A stretch of 64,000 bases of DNA from Patescibacteria group bacterium (GCA_040384705.1 JAZKIU010000001.1:405847-469846); one strand, 5' to 3'; numbered from the stretch's first letter, positions 9,010-18,696 are shown. The notes: generated from the letters alone by a model not told the origin. Numbers and translations: made by a program.

Positions 9010-10041
9010 ATGAACGTGGCAGGCAAGCGCATATTCGTCGGGCTTTCAGGCGGCGTCGACTCTGCCGTATCAGCGAAGCTGCTTATTGATGCCGGAGCCG
9101 AAGTCGTCGGCGTATTCATCAAAGGCTGGTATCCGCCAGGAATGCCCTGCACATGGGCCGCTGATCGTCGCGATGCGATGCGTGTCGCTGCGAACCTTCA
9201 TATCCCTTTCCATACGCTCGATGCGAGCGAGGAATATAAGAAAGGAGTCATAGACTACCTGCTCGCCGAGTATAAAGCGGGACGCACGCCGAACCCGGAC
9301 GTCATGTGCAATCGGGAAGTGAAGTTCGGGGCGTTCTATGAGTTCGCAAAGAAGAGCGGTGCGGACTTCATCGCGACTGGGCACTATGCACGGAACGAGG
9401 ACGGAAAGCTTCTCCGTGGCATCGATGAGTCCAAGGACCAGAGCTATTTCCTATGGGCAGTGCCTAAAGAAGCTTTTTCCATGACGGTGTTCCCGCTCGG
9501 AAGCATGCCGAAGAGGGAGACGCGCAGCCTGGCCGAACGGTTCAAGCTCCCAGTCGCCCAGAAGAAGGACAGCCAGGGCATCTGCTTCCTCGGCTCCATT
9601 TCGGTCGATGATTTCCTGCGGCATGAATTCGGGAGCGAGGAAGGGAAGGCGCTCGATACTGCTGGCCAGGAAGTTGGCATGCATGACGGGGCGCTCCTTC
9701 ATACCATCGGGGAGCGCATCGCGCTTAGGAGTGCGTCAGCTGGGCCTTGGTACGTCACTAGTAAGGACATCGAGCGCAATATACTCGTCGTATCCCCTGA
9801 GCAAGGTAGCGGGAGCGGCACAGGCAGCATTGCCATTCGTGACACCAATTGGCTCTCGAAAACTGACGACGAGCCACTGGAGGCGCAGTACCGATACCAT
9901 GGCCCGAGGATAGCAGGACACCTTACCACTGAGCGTGATGCGTTTATCCCGACGGATGCAGTACCCGAACCCATCGCATCCGGTCAGTCGCTCGTGCTGT
10001 ACCGGGGAGAGGAATGCATTGGAGGTGGTATCATCGTGTAA
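9010..10041 (+). CDS. mnmA: tRNA 2-thiouridine synthase MnmA
   Basis: SGGVDS, GRTPNPDVMCNREVKFG, ATGHYA, KDQSYFL, KKDSQGICF. Confidence 0.97.
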   Translation: MNVAGKRIFVGLSGGVDSAVSAKLLIDAGAEVVGVFIKGWYPPGMPCTWAADRRDAMRVAANLHIPFHTLDASEEYKKGVIDYLLAEYKAGRTPNPDVMCNREVKFGAFYEFAKKSGADFIATGHYARNEDGKLLRGIDESKDQSYFLWAVPKEAFSMTVFPLGSMPKRETRSLAERFKLPVAQKKDSQGICFLGSISVDDFLRHEFGSEEGKALDTAGQEVGMHDGALLHTIGERIALRSASAGPWYVTSKDIERNILVVSPEQGSGSGTGSIAIRDTNWLSKTDDEPLEAQYRYHGPRIAGHLTTERDAFIPTDAVPEPIASGQSLVLYRGEECIGGGIIV

Positions 10042-10878
10042 ATGCAACCGGAGATAATCAAAGCAGATGGGACGATAGAGCCGTTCGATGGGACGAAGCT
10101 CGAGGCGTCGCTCCGCAAGGCAGGGGCGTCCGAGCGCACCGCCGAGCGCATCCGCCACACCATCGAGATGTCGCTCGCTCCCGCAGCGGAATCCAACGAT
10201 ATCTATCGTCGCGCGTTCCAGATGCTCCGCCGCGAAGCGCGCCCTGCAGCCGCACGCTACAGCCTCCGCCGTGCGCTCTTCGAGTTCGGTCCTACCGGGC
10301 ACCCGTTCGAGGACTTCGTGGCAGAGATATTCAAGAAGGAAGGATGGCTTGTGGAAGGACGACAGATGATTCCTGGGAAGTGCGTACCGCATGAGGTGGA
10401 CGTATACGCTACGCGCGGCCAGGAGCGCATCGCGGCCGAGCTCAAGTACCACAACGACCCAGGGTATAAGACCGATGTGAAGGTCGCGCTCTACGTGAAG
10501 GCGCGCTTCGACGATATCTGGCAGTGCGACCCGAAGGCACAGACCTGTCCCGTCGATCAAGGATTCCTCATCACCAACACCAAGTTCACGAGCCATGCGG
10601 TCCAGTACGCGAAGTGCTCGGGGCTCGGCCTCCTCGGATGGAGCTATCCTTCTGAAGGCAATCTCTATGACCGCATAGTCGCGAGCGGGGTGTATCCGGT
10701 CACTGCCCTCACCTCGATAAAGAAGGCGGAGAAGCGGCTCCTCATCGACCAGGGCATCGTCACGTGCGAGCAGGTGACCGAACGCCGGGATGTGCTGCGG
10801 GAGCTCGGGATAACGCCGGAGCGCATAGGAACCATCCTTGCGGAGGCCCGGACCATAATGTCGTCGGAAAGCGTATAA
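10042..10878 (+). CDS. ATP-cone domain plus restriction-endonuclease-like (Mrr-type) domain protein
   Basis: IIKADGTIEPFDGTKL (ATP cone); GPTGHPFE..V, HEVDV..ELKYH, LITNTKFT..A..YA. Confidence 0.8.
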   Translation: MQPEIIKADGTIEPFDGTKLEASLRKAGASERTAERIRHTIEMSLAPAAESNDIYRRAFQMLRREARPAAARYSLRRALFEFGPTGHPFEDFVAEIFKKEGWLVEGRQMIPGKCVPHEVDVYATRGQERIAAELKYHNDPGYKTDVKVALYVKARFDDIWQCDPKAQTCPVDQGFLITNTKFTSHAVQYAKCSGLGLLGWSYPSEGNLYDRIVASGVYPVTALTSIKKAEKRLLIDQGIVTCEQVTERRDVLRELGITPERIGTILAEARTIMSSESV

Positions 10879-10886
10879 TCAGGGTA

Positions 10887-11666
10887 ATGGAGTTCAAGAA
10901 ATACAATCCTAACCGCAGTCCTGATTGGAACTATGGCGGCAGCAAATGGCGCCTCTCGCGCTCGAAGATAGAGCTTTTCAATGAATGCCCCCGCTGCTTC
11001 TATCTCGATAATAAGCTGGGTACCAAGCGTCCGCAGGGTCCAGCGTTCACGCTCAACATCGCCGTCGATGCTCTCCTGAAGAAGGAGTTCGATGCGCATA
11101 GGGTGGCTGCCACGACGCATCCACTCATGAAGCAGTACGGCATCGACGCGGTGCCGCTCGTGCATAAGAATATGAATACGTGGCGTGAGAACTTCGAGGG
11201 AGTCGAGTTCTTCCATGAGTCCACCGGCTTCACCATCTCGGGCGCGGTGGACGATATCTGGGTAAATCCTGCGGGAGAGCTCATCGTCGTGGACTATAAG
11301 GCGACATCGAAGAACGGGACGATCGTATCGCTCTCTGATTCCTCGTGGGAAGGCTCCTATAAGCGGCAGATGGGCGTGTACCAGTGGCTGCTGCGTAATA
11401 ACGGCTTCACGGTCTCTCCTATGGGCTATTTCGTATACGCAAATGCGAGCTCCGACGGCGAGGCATTCGATGGGAAGCTCGAGTTCGAGGTCACGGTCGT
11501 GCCCTGCGAGGGCGACACGGATTGGATAGACGCTATCCTCCCGAGGATAAAGGAGGCGCTCGATAGCGATGCTATCCCGCCCACCGGAACGGCTTGTGAG
11601 TACTGCCCGTACCGGGAAGCCGCAGGGAAGAAGCTCCAGGCATTGCATAAGGCAGCTAAGAAATAG
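10887..11666 (+). CDS. PD-(D/E)XK nuclease, RecB/Cas4-like
   Basis: LSRSKI...CPRC, GAVDD, VVDYK, QMGVY, CEYC. Confidence 0.85.
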   Translation: MEFKKYNPNRSPDWNYGGSKWRLSRSKIELFNECPRCFYLDNKLGTKRPQGPAFTLNIAVDALLKKEFDAHRVAATTHPLMKQYGIDAVPLVHKNMNTWRENFEGVEFFHESTGFTISGAVDDIWVNPAGELIVVDYKATSKNGTIVSLSDSSWEGSYKRQMGVYQWLLRNNGFTVSPMGYFVYANASSDGEAFDGKLEFEVTVVPCEGDTDWIDAILPRIKEALDSDAIPPTGTACEYCPYREAAGKKLQALHKAAKK

Positions 11667-11715
11667 CAAAACCCCGGGCGTTTCCGTCCGGGGCTTCTTC
11701 TGCTATGCGGCATCA

Positions 11716-11988
11716 TCAGGCCGCGTGTTGGCGAGAAGGATCTGCGGAGTAGGGGCTCGTAAAGGGCTCCTCACGTCCCAGATACCGCGCGTCCTCTGCG
11801 CTCACCACATTTCCGCCGAAGCAGAAACGTCCGAACTCCTCACCACGCCGTCGATATAAGCGGCGAGCCTCTTCCATGGTCCTCACGCGTAAGATGGGTT
11901 CGCACCCCTCGCGCGCGAGACGAGCCGCGAACTTCTTCACGCGGTCGTCGTCCTTCTCGACTAGCAAGCCTTTCTTAGTATTCTCCAC
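11716..11988 (-). CDS. small protein resembling a degenerate receiver domain
   Basis: LLVEKDD...L..EG...VRTMEEA; GGGAGG SD; TTGACA upstream. Confidence 0.5.
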   Translation of the reverse strand: MENTKKGLLVEKDDDRVKKFAARLAREGCEPILRVRTMEEARRLYRRRGEEFGRFCFGGNVVSAEDARYLGREEPFTSPYSADPSRQHAA

Positions 11989-12056
11989 GATTTGTGCCTC
12001 CCCGTGCGCTTCCTAATATATTTCGTATCATTAGTAGGTATGCGTGTCAAAACACT

Positions 12057-12725
12057 ATGAGTGTGCAGATAGAGGCTTCGTGGAGGAAAAATCTCGAAGA
12101 AGAGTTCGGCAAGGACTATTTCAATGAGCTCACCGCCTTCGTAAAGAAGGAATATGCGGAAGGTACGGTGTACCCGCACCCGAAGAACATCTTCAAGGCG
12201 TTCGAGCTCACTCCTTTCGATAAGGTAAAAGTGGTCATTCTCGGCCAAGACCCATATCACGGGCAAGGACAGGCAATAGGGCTATCGTTCGCAGTGAAGG
12301 AGGGGGTGCGCAACCCTCCATCGCTCCAGAACATATTCAAGGAGATAGAGGCGGATCTAGGACAGAAGCCTCATGTCGAGAACGGTGACCTCACCCGCTG
12401 GGCGGAGCAGGGCGTACTCCTCCTTAACGCAACGCTTACGGTGCGCGGAGGCATCGCTGGCTCGCATCAAGGGCGTGGGTGGGAATTGTTCACCGATGCA
12501 GTCATCAAGACGCTCTCGGACGAGCGTGAGCATCTGGTTTTCATACTCTGGGGCAACTATGCGAAGCAGAAGGGGGCGCACATAGACCGCAGCAAGCATC
12601 TCGTCATCGAGTCGGCGCATCCGTCGCCATTCTCGGCAGCTAATGGGTTCTTCGGGAGCAGGCCGTTCACCAGGGCGAATGGGTACCTTGAGTCTCAGGG
12701 TGAGAAGGCGATAGATTGGCGATAG
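12057..12725 (+). CDS. ung: uracil-DNA glycosylase family 1
   Basis: VILGQDPYHG, PPSLQNIFKE, QGVLLLN, HPSP. Confidence 0.97.
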   Translation: MSVQIEASWRKNLEEEFGKDYFNELTAFVKKEYAEGTVYPHPKNIFKAFELTPFDKVKVVILGQDPYHGQGQAIGLSFAVKEGVRNPPSLQNIFKEIEADLGQKPHVENGDLTRWAEQGVLLLNATLTVRGGIAGSHQGRGWELFTDAVIKTLSDEREHLVFILWGNYAKQKGAHIDRSKHLVIESAHPSPFSAANGFFGSRPFTRANGYLESQGEKAIDWR

Positions 12726-12747
12726 GTTCGATACCTAGTCTGCCAGC
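12723..12747 (+). repeat. array-start repeat B (tRNA 3'-end-like), copy 1
   Basis: TAGGTTCGATACCTAGTCTGCCAGC, identical to 18659-18683; first three bases are the ung stop codon. Confidence 0.92.
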
Positions 12748-12783
12748 AATATAAAAATCTAGCCCCGCTATTGGATAGCAGGG

Positions 12784-13017
12784 CTAGGGAATAACGATGC
12801 AATCAAAGGTACCGCAGAGTTGGCACTTCTCGCAGACTAGGTAGCTATACGCTTCAGGCTGATCTCCTGTTAATCGCCACTGCCAGAAGATTCCTCCGCA
12901 ACGCCGGTGTTCGCGTCGGAGTCGCACCCACCACGAACGATCGCCATCAAAGTAGTTGCACAGACCCAATTCAACAACGTCGTCGGCTGAAGGGTCCCAT
13001 CGAGTGGAATCAGGCAT
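12784..13017 (-). CDS. small Cys-rich (possible Zn-binding) protein, cassette cargo
   Basis: AAGGAGG SD; HRRC...CEKCQLC; hairpin at 3' end. Confidence 0.65.
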   Translation of the reverse strand: MPDSTRWDPSADDVVELGLCNYFDGDRSWWVRLRREHRRCGGIFWQWRLTGDQPEAYSYLVCEKCQLCGTFDCIVIP

Positions 13018-13064
13018 TCGATCCTCCTTCAATCCGGTTAGAGGCTAGCATGCTATGAAGTCTG

Positions 13065-13091
13065 TCTCCAACATCGTCCCAGACCTCCAGC
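13065..13091 (+). repeat. cassette-boundary repeat A, copy 5
   Basis: TCTCCAACATCGTCCCAGACCTCCAGC, 24/27. Confidence 0.9.
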
Positions 13092-13143
13092 AATAAAATA
13101 GTCAGCCCCGCATCATCGTTGTGCGGGGCGTTGTCAAGCGTGC

Positions 13144-13506
13144 TCACCTAAGTGCGGCCTTAATTTTCTTCAGCCACGTCGGGCTGTTGTGCTTACTAAG
13201 TTTGTGAGAGCAACCATTTCGGAGAAGTAGCTTCTCCATACGATCATCCGTGGTCGCTGCAAACATCGGACCAGTAAAGCCGGCGGTCCTGAAGTCCGCA
13301 ACGATCTTTTCCGTCGTTGGCTCAGGATCTGTCGAAGACAGATTTCCATCGAAGATTATGGCCACGATGCTTTGGCGATTCGTCTTGAAATAATGCCGAG
13401 CTGCCCTGGAGCAGTCAGCAAAAATCACATCGAACTCTTCGCCCAGAACCTCTCGATACTTGTTCAACTGAAAGGAACTGTCCTCAATAGCAAGGATTGA
13501 ATCCAT
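13144..13506 (-). CDS. single-domain response-regulator receiver-like protein, cassette cargo
   Basis: ILAIEDS, AIIFDGNL (phospho-Asp position), PMFAATT, terminal K; GGAGG SD. Confidence 0.7.
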   Translation of the reverse strand: MDSILAIEDSSFQLNKYREVLGEEFDVIFADCSRAARHYFKTNRQSIVAIIFDGNLSSTDPEPTTEKIVADFRTAGFTGPMFAATTDDRMEKLLLRNGCSHKLSKHNSPTWLKKIKAALR

Positions 13507-13580
13507 AGAACCCTCCAATGTTCTTTCGAGACAACTATACCATGTATCCAATTTTTGTCAGTCTCATGCTCGAGATCAGA

Positions 13581-13607
13581 GTTCCAACATCGCCCCAGAC
13601 CCCCAGC
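13581..13607 (+). repeat. cassette-boundary repeat A, copy 6
   Basis: GTTCCAACATCGCCCCAGACCCCCAGC, 26/27. Confidence 0.93.
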
Positions 13608-13665
13608 TAATGGAAATACGAAACGAGGAGAGTAGCGTGCCCTTAGCATCAAGACAATGAAAGTA

Positions 13666-13696
13666 TTGACATTTCTATCTGAAATGCTATTATACT
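13666..13696 (+). promoter_or_regulatory. sigma70-type promoter
   Basis: TTGACA followed by TGCTATTATACT. Confidence 0.6.
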
Positions 13697-13726
13697 GCAC
13701 AGGTTTGAAAACAAGGAAACTGGTCC

Positions 13727-14221
13727 ATGCGTCAGGTAGTCGTAATCGCTGCACTGTCACTGCTGGCCGCTGCTTGCGGCGACGACCCAAGTTCGAAATC
13801 TCCAGCTCCACAGTCGGGAGCTGAACTGCTCGACATCAGTCTGCCGCGCACACCAGCGGCTGATGCCAAAGAGAACGATGCTGTTGCTGAACTTCAGATT
13901 CGGATCGGCACGAGCTACCAAGGCACCACCTACAGCTGTCAGTACGTCGACGAGGGTGTCGCCCTGCTGCGCGGTAGGGACGGTACGCTGTACCGCATCA
14001 AGAGTACCGAATTCGAGCGCTTCGGCAAAAGTTCCCGTCGCTACAAGAGCTACACGCTCGAGCCCTGGTGGGGAAGCGACACTGAACTCAGACTGTCGAC
14101 CGAGGAAACGGATGCGCTGCGGTGGAACAACTTCACCGGCGTGCTATGTCCCGAGGATGGCGAAAAATACGATCGCGCATGGCGGACCTACCGCTTCCGA
14201 GATCTCAATCGCCTCCCGTAA
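13727..14221 (+). CDS. putative lipoprotein, cassette cargo
   Basis: Signal peptide with lipobox LAAAC; AAGGA SD; hairpin GGGCGCCGCA..TGCGGCGCCC downstream. Confidence 0.7.
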   Translation: MRQVVVIAALSLLAAACGDDPSSKSPAPQSGAELLDISLPRTPAADAKENDAVAELQIRIGTSYQGTTYSCQYVDEGVALLRGRDGTLYRIKSTEFERFGKSSRRYKSYTLEPWWGSDTELRLSTEETDALRWNNFTGVLCPEDGEKYDRAWRTYRFRDLNRLP

Positions 14222-14309
14222 CTCATCGTCTTTTCGACTGGGCGCCGCACAATCTGCGGCGCCCCTCTTTTATTAGGGGAGACTCATGGAGAGTAAGTCA
14301 CACTAGCCC

Positions 14310-14336
14310 GGTCCAATCTCGCCCCAGGCCCCCAGC
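14310..14336 (+). repeat. cassette-boundary repeat A, copy 7 (diverged)
   Basis: GGTCCAATCTCGCCCCAGGCCCCCAGC, 22/27. Confidence 0.8.
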
Positions 14337-14385
14337 TAACTTTAGGCGGTTCTGGGTAGCGCTGGTACTGGGTTCACGTGTCGGC

Positions 14386-16350
14386 TTACCACACCATCTC
14401 GCGGTCCTTCGGCGCACGGTACATCTTATCGCTCTTCTTAACCTCATATGCCTCATAGAAGGCATCGAAGTTCGAGACCGGGCCATTGATGCGGAACTTG
14501 CCCGGAGCATGCGGGTCTGTGAGTACCTGCATCTTCTCGTATTCTGGGCGCACATTCTCGCGCTCGAAGAGGGCGAAGCCAAGGAAGAAGCGCTGCTCCG
14601 GTGTATACCCGCCGACATCCTTGCGGCCCGTGCGTGCGAGCTGGAGCTGGTACGCGTCGTATGCGATAGAGATGCCTCCGAGGTCAGCGATATTCTCGCC
14701 TAGAGTGAGCTTGCCGTTCACTTTCACGCCGTCGGCCACGACATACTTATCGAACTGCTTGCGTACCTTCTCGGCCTTCGCTTCGAAGCGCTTGCGGTCA
14801 GTCGCGGTCCACCAGCTCTTCAGGTTGCCCTTGGCGTCGTATTGCGAACCCTCGTCATCGAATCCGTGGGTTATCTCATGCCCTATGACTGTGCCTATCG
14901 CGCCATAATTAAGGGCATCATCCGCGGACATATCGAAGAAGGGAGCCTGGAGGATTCCAGCGGGGAACACTATGTCGTTCAGGTTCGGCGAGAAGTATGC
15001 ATTCACGGTCTGCGGATACATGTGCCACTCCGTTCGGTCGATGGGTCCATTGAGCTTCTTTATCTCCCGCTTATGCTCGAACTCGTTTGAGCGCAGTACA
15101 TTTCCTACATAGTCATCGCTCGTTATCGCGAGACCTTTGTACGATTTCCATTTGTCCGGGTACCCTATCTTGCGATTGAGCGCAGCAAGCTTCTTGAGCG
15201 CCTTCTTCTTCGTGGGAGGCGTCATCCAATCGAGGGACTTGAGCCTCGCTTCGTATGCGGTGAAGAGATCCTCTACCAAGATGCCCATCTTCTTCTTTGC
15301 CTCCGCAGGAAAATACTTCTTTACATAGATCTGGCCCAGAAGCTCTCCTACATGCCCGTTGACGTTCCCCAGCACGCGCCTCCAGAGCGGCTTCATCTGC
15401 TTCGTGCCGGTGAGCGCGGTTCCGTAGAAGGAGAAGCTCTGCTTCACGAATGCGTTCGAGAGAAGGCCGGCGAAATCATTCACCAGGTGCCATTCCGTAT
15501 ACGTCTTGAGGTCTTCAAGAGCTGCGCTAGCAAGGAGTTTCGATACTGCCTTCAGGAAGTCCGGCTGCATGACTATCACCTCCTTCACCTCCGCGCCTTG
15601 CTGAGTGAAATACCGCTTCCAATCGAGTTCGGGCGAGAGCTTCATGAGCCCTGCTACGGTCATCTTGTGATAGGTCTTCTCGGGATCTCGGCGGTCCTCT
15701 TTCTTCATGGAAGCCTTCGCGAGCGCTGTCTCTACGCGCATGAGCGTTTCCGTCGCGGCTTTCGCTTCAGCTGGTGTGCGGCCCATAAGACGGAACAATG
15801 CCGCGGCATGCTTTAGGTATGCGGAACGTACCCGCACCGACTCCGCATCATCCTTCAAATAGTAGTCCCGGTCAGGCATGCCGAGCCCATCCTGCGCCAT
15901 GTGCAAGATATACCGCTCGCTGTTCTTCGAGTCCTGGCCGATTCCCGAGCCGAAGAATACGCCTACACCGATGCGATGCAGCTCTCCGATAAGGCCCTTG
16001 AGCGCCGTTGTGTCCTTCGCATTCGTTATCTTCTTGCGGAGCGCGTCCAGGGGCTTTATGCCGAGTTCGTTCCGGCGCTTCATATCCATGCCGGAGCGCT
16101 GGAAGTCCCGGATTATCTGCTCCGGGCTACCCTTGGGAAGCGAGCGCTTGCTCTCGAGCTCAGTGAGGATGTCCCGGAGCTGGTGATCGGTCTTGTAGCG
16201 AAGCTCATTGAATGAGCCCCATCTCGATTCTGCAGGTGGAATGGGATGCGCCTTCATCCATCCCCCGTTCGCATGATGGAAGAAGTCATCCTGCGGACGA
16301 ACCTTCATATCCATACCTTTCGTATCGAACCCCCATCCTTTTTTAGTCAT
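14386..16350 (-). CDS. M13 family metallopeptidase (PepO/neprilysin-like)
   Basis: PQDDFF..ANG, VNAYF, GHEITHGFD (HExxH), GENIAD. Confidence 0.95.
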   Translation of the reverse strand: MTKKGWGFDTKGMDMKVRPQDDFFHHANGGWMKAHPIPPAESRWGSFNELRYKTDHQLRDILTELESKRSLPKGSPEQIIRDFQRSGMDMKRRNELGIKPLDALRKKITNAKDTTALKGLIGELHRIGVGVFFGSGIGQDSKNSERYILHMAQDGLGMPDRDYYLKDDAESVRVRSAYLKHAAALFRLMGRTPAEAKAATETLMRVETALAKASMKKEDRRDPEKTYHKMTVAGLMKLSPELDWKRYFTQQGAEVKEVIVMQPDFLKAVSKLLASAALEDLKTYTEWHLVNDFAGLLSNAFVKQSFSFYGTALTGTKQMKPLWRRVLGNVNGHVGELLGQIYVKKYFPAEAKKKMGILVEDLFTAYEARLKSLDWMTPPTKKKALKKLAALNRKIGYPDKWKSYKGLAITSDDYVGNVLRSNEFEHKREIKKLNGPIDRTEWHMYPQTVNAYFSPNLNDIVFPAGILQAPFFDMSADDALNYGAIGTVIGHEITHGFDDEGSQYDAKGNLKSWWTATDRKRFEAKAEKVRKQFDKYVVADGVKVNGKLTLGENIADLGGISIAYDAYQLQLARTGRKDVGGYTPEQRFFLGFALFERENVRPEYEKMQVLTDPHAPGKFRINGPVSNFDAFYEAYEVKKSDKMYRAPKDREMVW

Positions 16351-16469
16351 ATCAGCGATTATATCCGAATTGAGCACGGCAACCTACCGGGATTATTGAC
16401 AGACTACAAATAGTATGTATACTCTTGTCTAGGAAGAACGCTTGCGACTGCATGCATCAGGGGAGCCTC

Positions 16470-16676
16470 ATGAAAGGCGTACGACTCACGACGAGCGAGG
16501 AAAGCCGGCTTCGGCGGGAACTCCATCAACTCGAGAACGAACCATGGCGTTGGCCGAGCGAGAAGGACCAGAAGAAGATTCCTGACCGCATCGCCACCGT
16601 CAAAGGCCAACTTCAGCGCAACCACACCGCGCAGATGCGCGACCAGCAGAAAGGACGGCATCAGCGCGTCCGATAA
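16470..16676 (+). CDS. small charged hypothetical protein
   Basis: TTGACA-16-TATACT at 16396-16423, GGGAG SD, hairpin after stop. Confidence 0.55.
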   Translation: MKGVRLTTSEESRLRRELHQLENEPWRWPSEKDQKKIPDRIATVKGQLQRNHTAQMRDQQKGRHQRVR

Positions 16677-16741
16677 GTCCCGAAGGAGTCCCTCCGCTCG
16701 GGGCTTCTTCATATCACTGCGTCTGTGATATCTTCATATTT

Positions 16742-18661
16742 ATGACCGTTTCAGAAGTACGCAAGCGTTTCCTCGACTTCTATGCCGCTCGCGGGCATAC
16801 CGTCATCCCTTCTGCCCCTATCGTGCCCGGGAACGACCCGACCACGCTCTTCACGTCGTCCGGCATGCAGCCGCTCGTTCCGTACCTGCTCGGAAAGGAC
16901 CATCCGTCAGGTAACCGGCTGGTGAACTCGCAGATGAGCTTCCGTGCGGGCGATATAGAAGAAGTGGGGGATAACCGTCACACGACGTTCTTCGAGATGC
17001 TCGGGAACTGGTCGCTTGGCGACTATTTCAAGGCAGAGCAGCTTCCGTGGGTGTTCGAATACCTCACGAGCGAAAGCGAAGGCCTCGGCCTCGATCCCTC
17101 AAAGCTGTATGTCACGGTATTCGCGGGCGACGAGACGACGAAGATGGATGCGGACATGGAGGCAGTCGGCATATGGACCGAACTGTTCAAGAGCAAGGGC
17201 GTCCATGCGGAGTTCGCGAACATCGGCTCGGAAGCGGATGGATACGAGCATGGCATGAACGGCAACGAGCGCATCTTCGCGTATGACGCCAAGAAGAACT
17301 GGTGGAGCCGTGCGGGCGTGCCTTCCAATATGCCAGTGGGTGAGCCGGGCGGCCCCGATTCCGAGGTCTTCTATGACTTCGGCCTTCCGCATGACACGAA
17401 GTGGGGTCCTAAGTGCCACCCGAACTGCGATTGCGGCCGGTTCGTCGAGATAGGGAACTCGGTGTTCATGCAGTTCGTGAAGAGCGAGGATGGTAGCTTC
17501 CCCGAGCTCCCCAAGCGCAACGTCGACTTCGGCGGAGGTCTCGAGCGTCTTACCTTCGCAACCATCGGTATACCCGACGCCTTTCTTATAGACGTGTTCG
17601 CTGCTCCTCTTTCAATACTTGAGACGCGTTCAGGAAAGAAGTATGGAGATGATGAAGCGACTACCCGTGCCTTCCGCATCATCCTCGACCACATGCGCGC
17701 TGCAGCGTTCATGCTCGCGGAGAGCGTCGTTCCTTCGAACACCGAAGCGGGGTATGTGCTTCGCCGTCTCATCCGCCGCTCGATACGCGAAGCGGATAGG
17801 CTCGGCATCAAGGATGCGGTGCTTGCTGATGTGGCTAAGGGATACGGCGAGGTTTACGCCGACCACTATCCGCACGTGCTCGCGGCAGCTAGCAAGATCC
17901 ACGATGAGCTCGCGCAAGAGGAGGAACGTTTCCGTAAGACCCTTACGCAGGGGCTCAAGGAATTCGAGAAGCTCGCCGGCAAGCGCGAAGTGAGCGCCGA
18001 CGATGCCTTCGTCCTCTTTACTACCTACGGCTTCCCCATAGAGCTCACCGCGGAGCTTGCGCAGGAACGCGGTATCGCGCTCGATATGGATGCGGTCGGA
18101 GCGAAGATGAAAGAGCACCAGGATACCTCACGCGCAGGAGGCGCGCAGCGCTTCGCAGGAGGCCTAGCTGATCATGCGGAACAGACGGTGCGGTATCACA
18201 CGACGCACCACATCCTCCTTAAGGCGCTCCAGATGGTGCTCGGGACGGAGGTGAAGCAGAGGGGCTCCAATATCACTTCGGAGCGGTTGCGCATCGACTT
18301 CGCGTCGCCCGGGAAGATGACGGACGAGCAGAAGGCGGAAGTAGAGAAGATTGTGAACGACATCATCTATCAGGACCTTCCGGTGTCGCGCACCACGATG
18401 GCACGAGAGGAGGCGGAGAAGCTCGGTGCAGAGATGGAATTCGGCGTGAAGTATCCGGATATGGTGACGGTGTATTCAGTTGGACCGGCCACTGCTACTG
18501 AGGAGAACCCTGATATCCCGAACGCATTCTCGCTCGAGTTCTGCGGCGGTCCGCATGTGAACAATACGAGCGAGATACACGAAGGAGGAAAGAAGTTCAA
18601 GATACAGAAGGAAGAGGCGGTGGCGGCTGGTATTCGCCGTATAAAGGCGGTGTTGGTGTAG
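16742..18661 (+). CDS. alaS: alanine--tRNA ligase (short form, no C-Ala domain)
   Basis: DPTTLFTSSGMQP, RHTTFFEMLGNWS, VDFGGGLERL, EFCGGPH, GIRRIKA. Confidence 0.96.
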   Translation: MTVSEVRKRFLDFYAARGHTVIPSAPIVPGNDPTTLFTSSGMQPLVPYLLGKDHPSGNRLVNSQMSFRAGDIEEVGDNRHTTFFEMLGNWSLGDYFKAEQLPWVFEYLTSESEGLGLDPSKLYVTVFAGDETTKMDADMEAVGIWTELFKSKGVHAEFANIGSEADGYEHGMNGNERIFAYDAKKNWWSRAGVPSNMPVGEPGGPDSEVFYDFGLPHDTKWGPKCHPNCDCGRFVEIGNSVFMQFVKSEDGSFPELPKRNVDFGGGLERLTFATIGIPDAFLIDVFAAPLSILETRSGKKYGDDEATTRAFRIILDHMRAAAFMLAESVVPSNTEAGYVLRRLIRRSIREADRLGIKDAVLADVAKGYGEVYADHYPHVLAAASKIHDELAQEEERFRKTLTQGLKEFEKLAGKREVSADDAFVLFTTYGFPIELTAELAQERGIALDMDAVGAKMKEHQDTSRAGGAQRFAGGLADHAEQTVRYHTTHHILLKALQMVLGTEVKQRGSNITSERLRIDFASPGKMTDEQKAEVEKIVNDIIYQDLPVSRTTMAREEAEKLGAEMEFGVKYPDMVTVYSVGPATATEENPDIPNAFSLEFCGGPHVNNTSEIHEGGKKFKIQKEEAVAAGIRRIKAVLV

Positions 18662-18685
18662 GTTCGATACCTAGTCTGCCAGCCA
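18659..18685 (+). repeat. array-start repeat B (tRNA 3'-end-like), copy 2
   Basis: TAGG-TTCGATA-CCTAG-TCTGCCA-G-CCA; first three bases are the alaS stop codon. Confidence 0.92.
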
Positions 18686-18696
18686 ATCAAAGTATG

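Noticed and set aside
12723-18685. Element B as intact tRNA genes
   Set aside because: Upstream sequence is ung/alaS coding DNA with no D or anticodon arm
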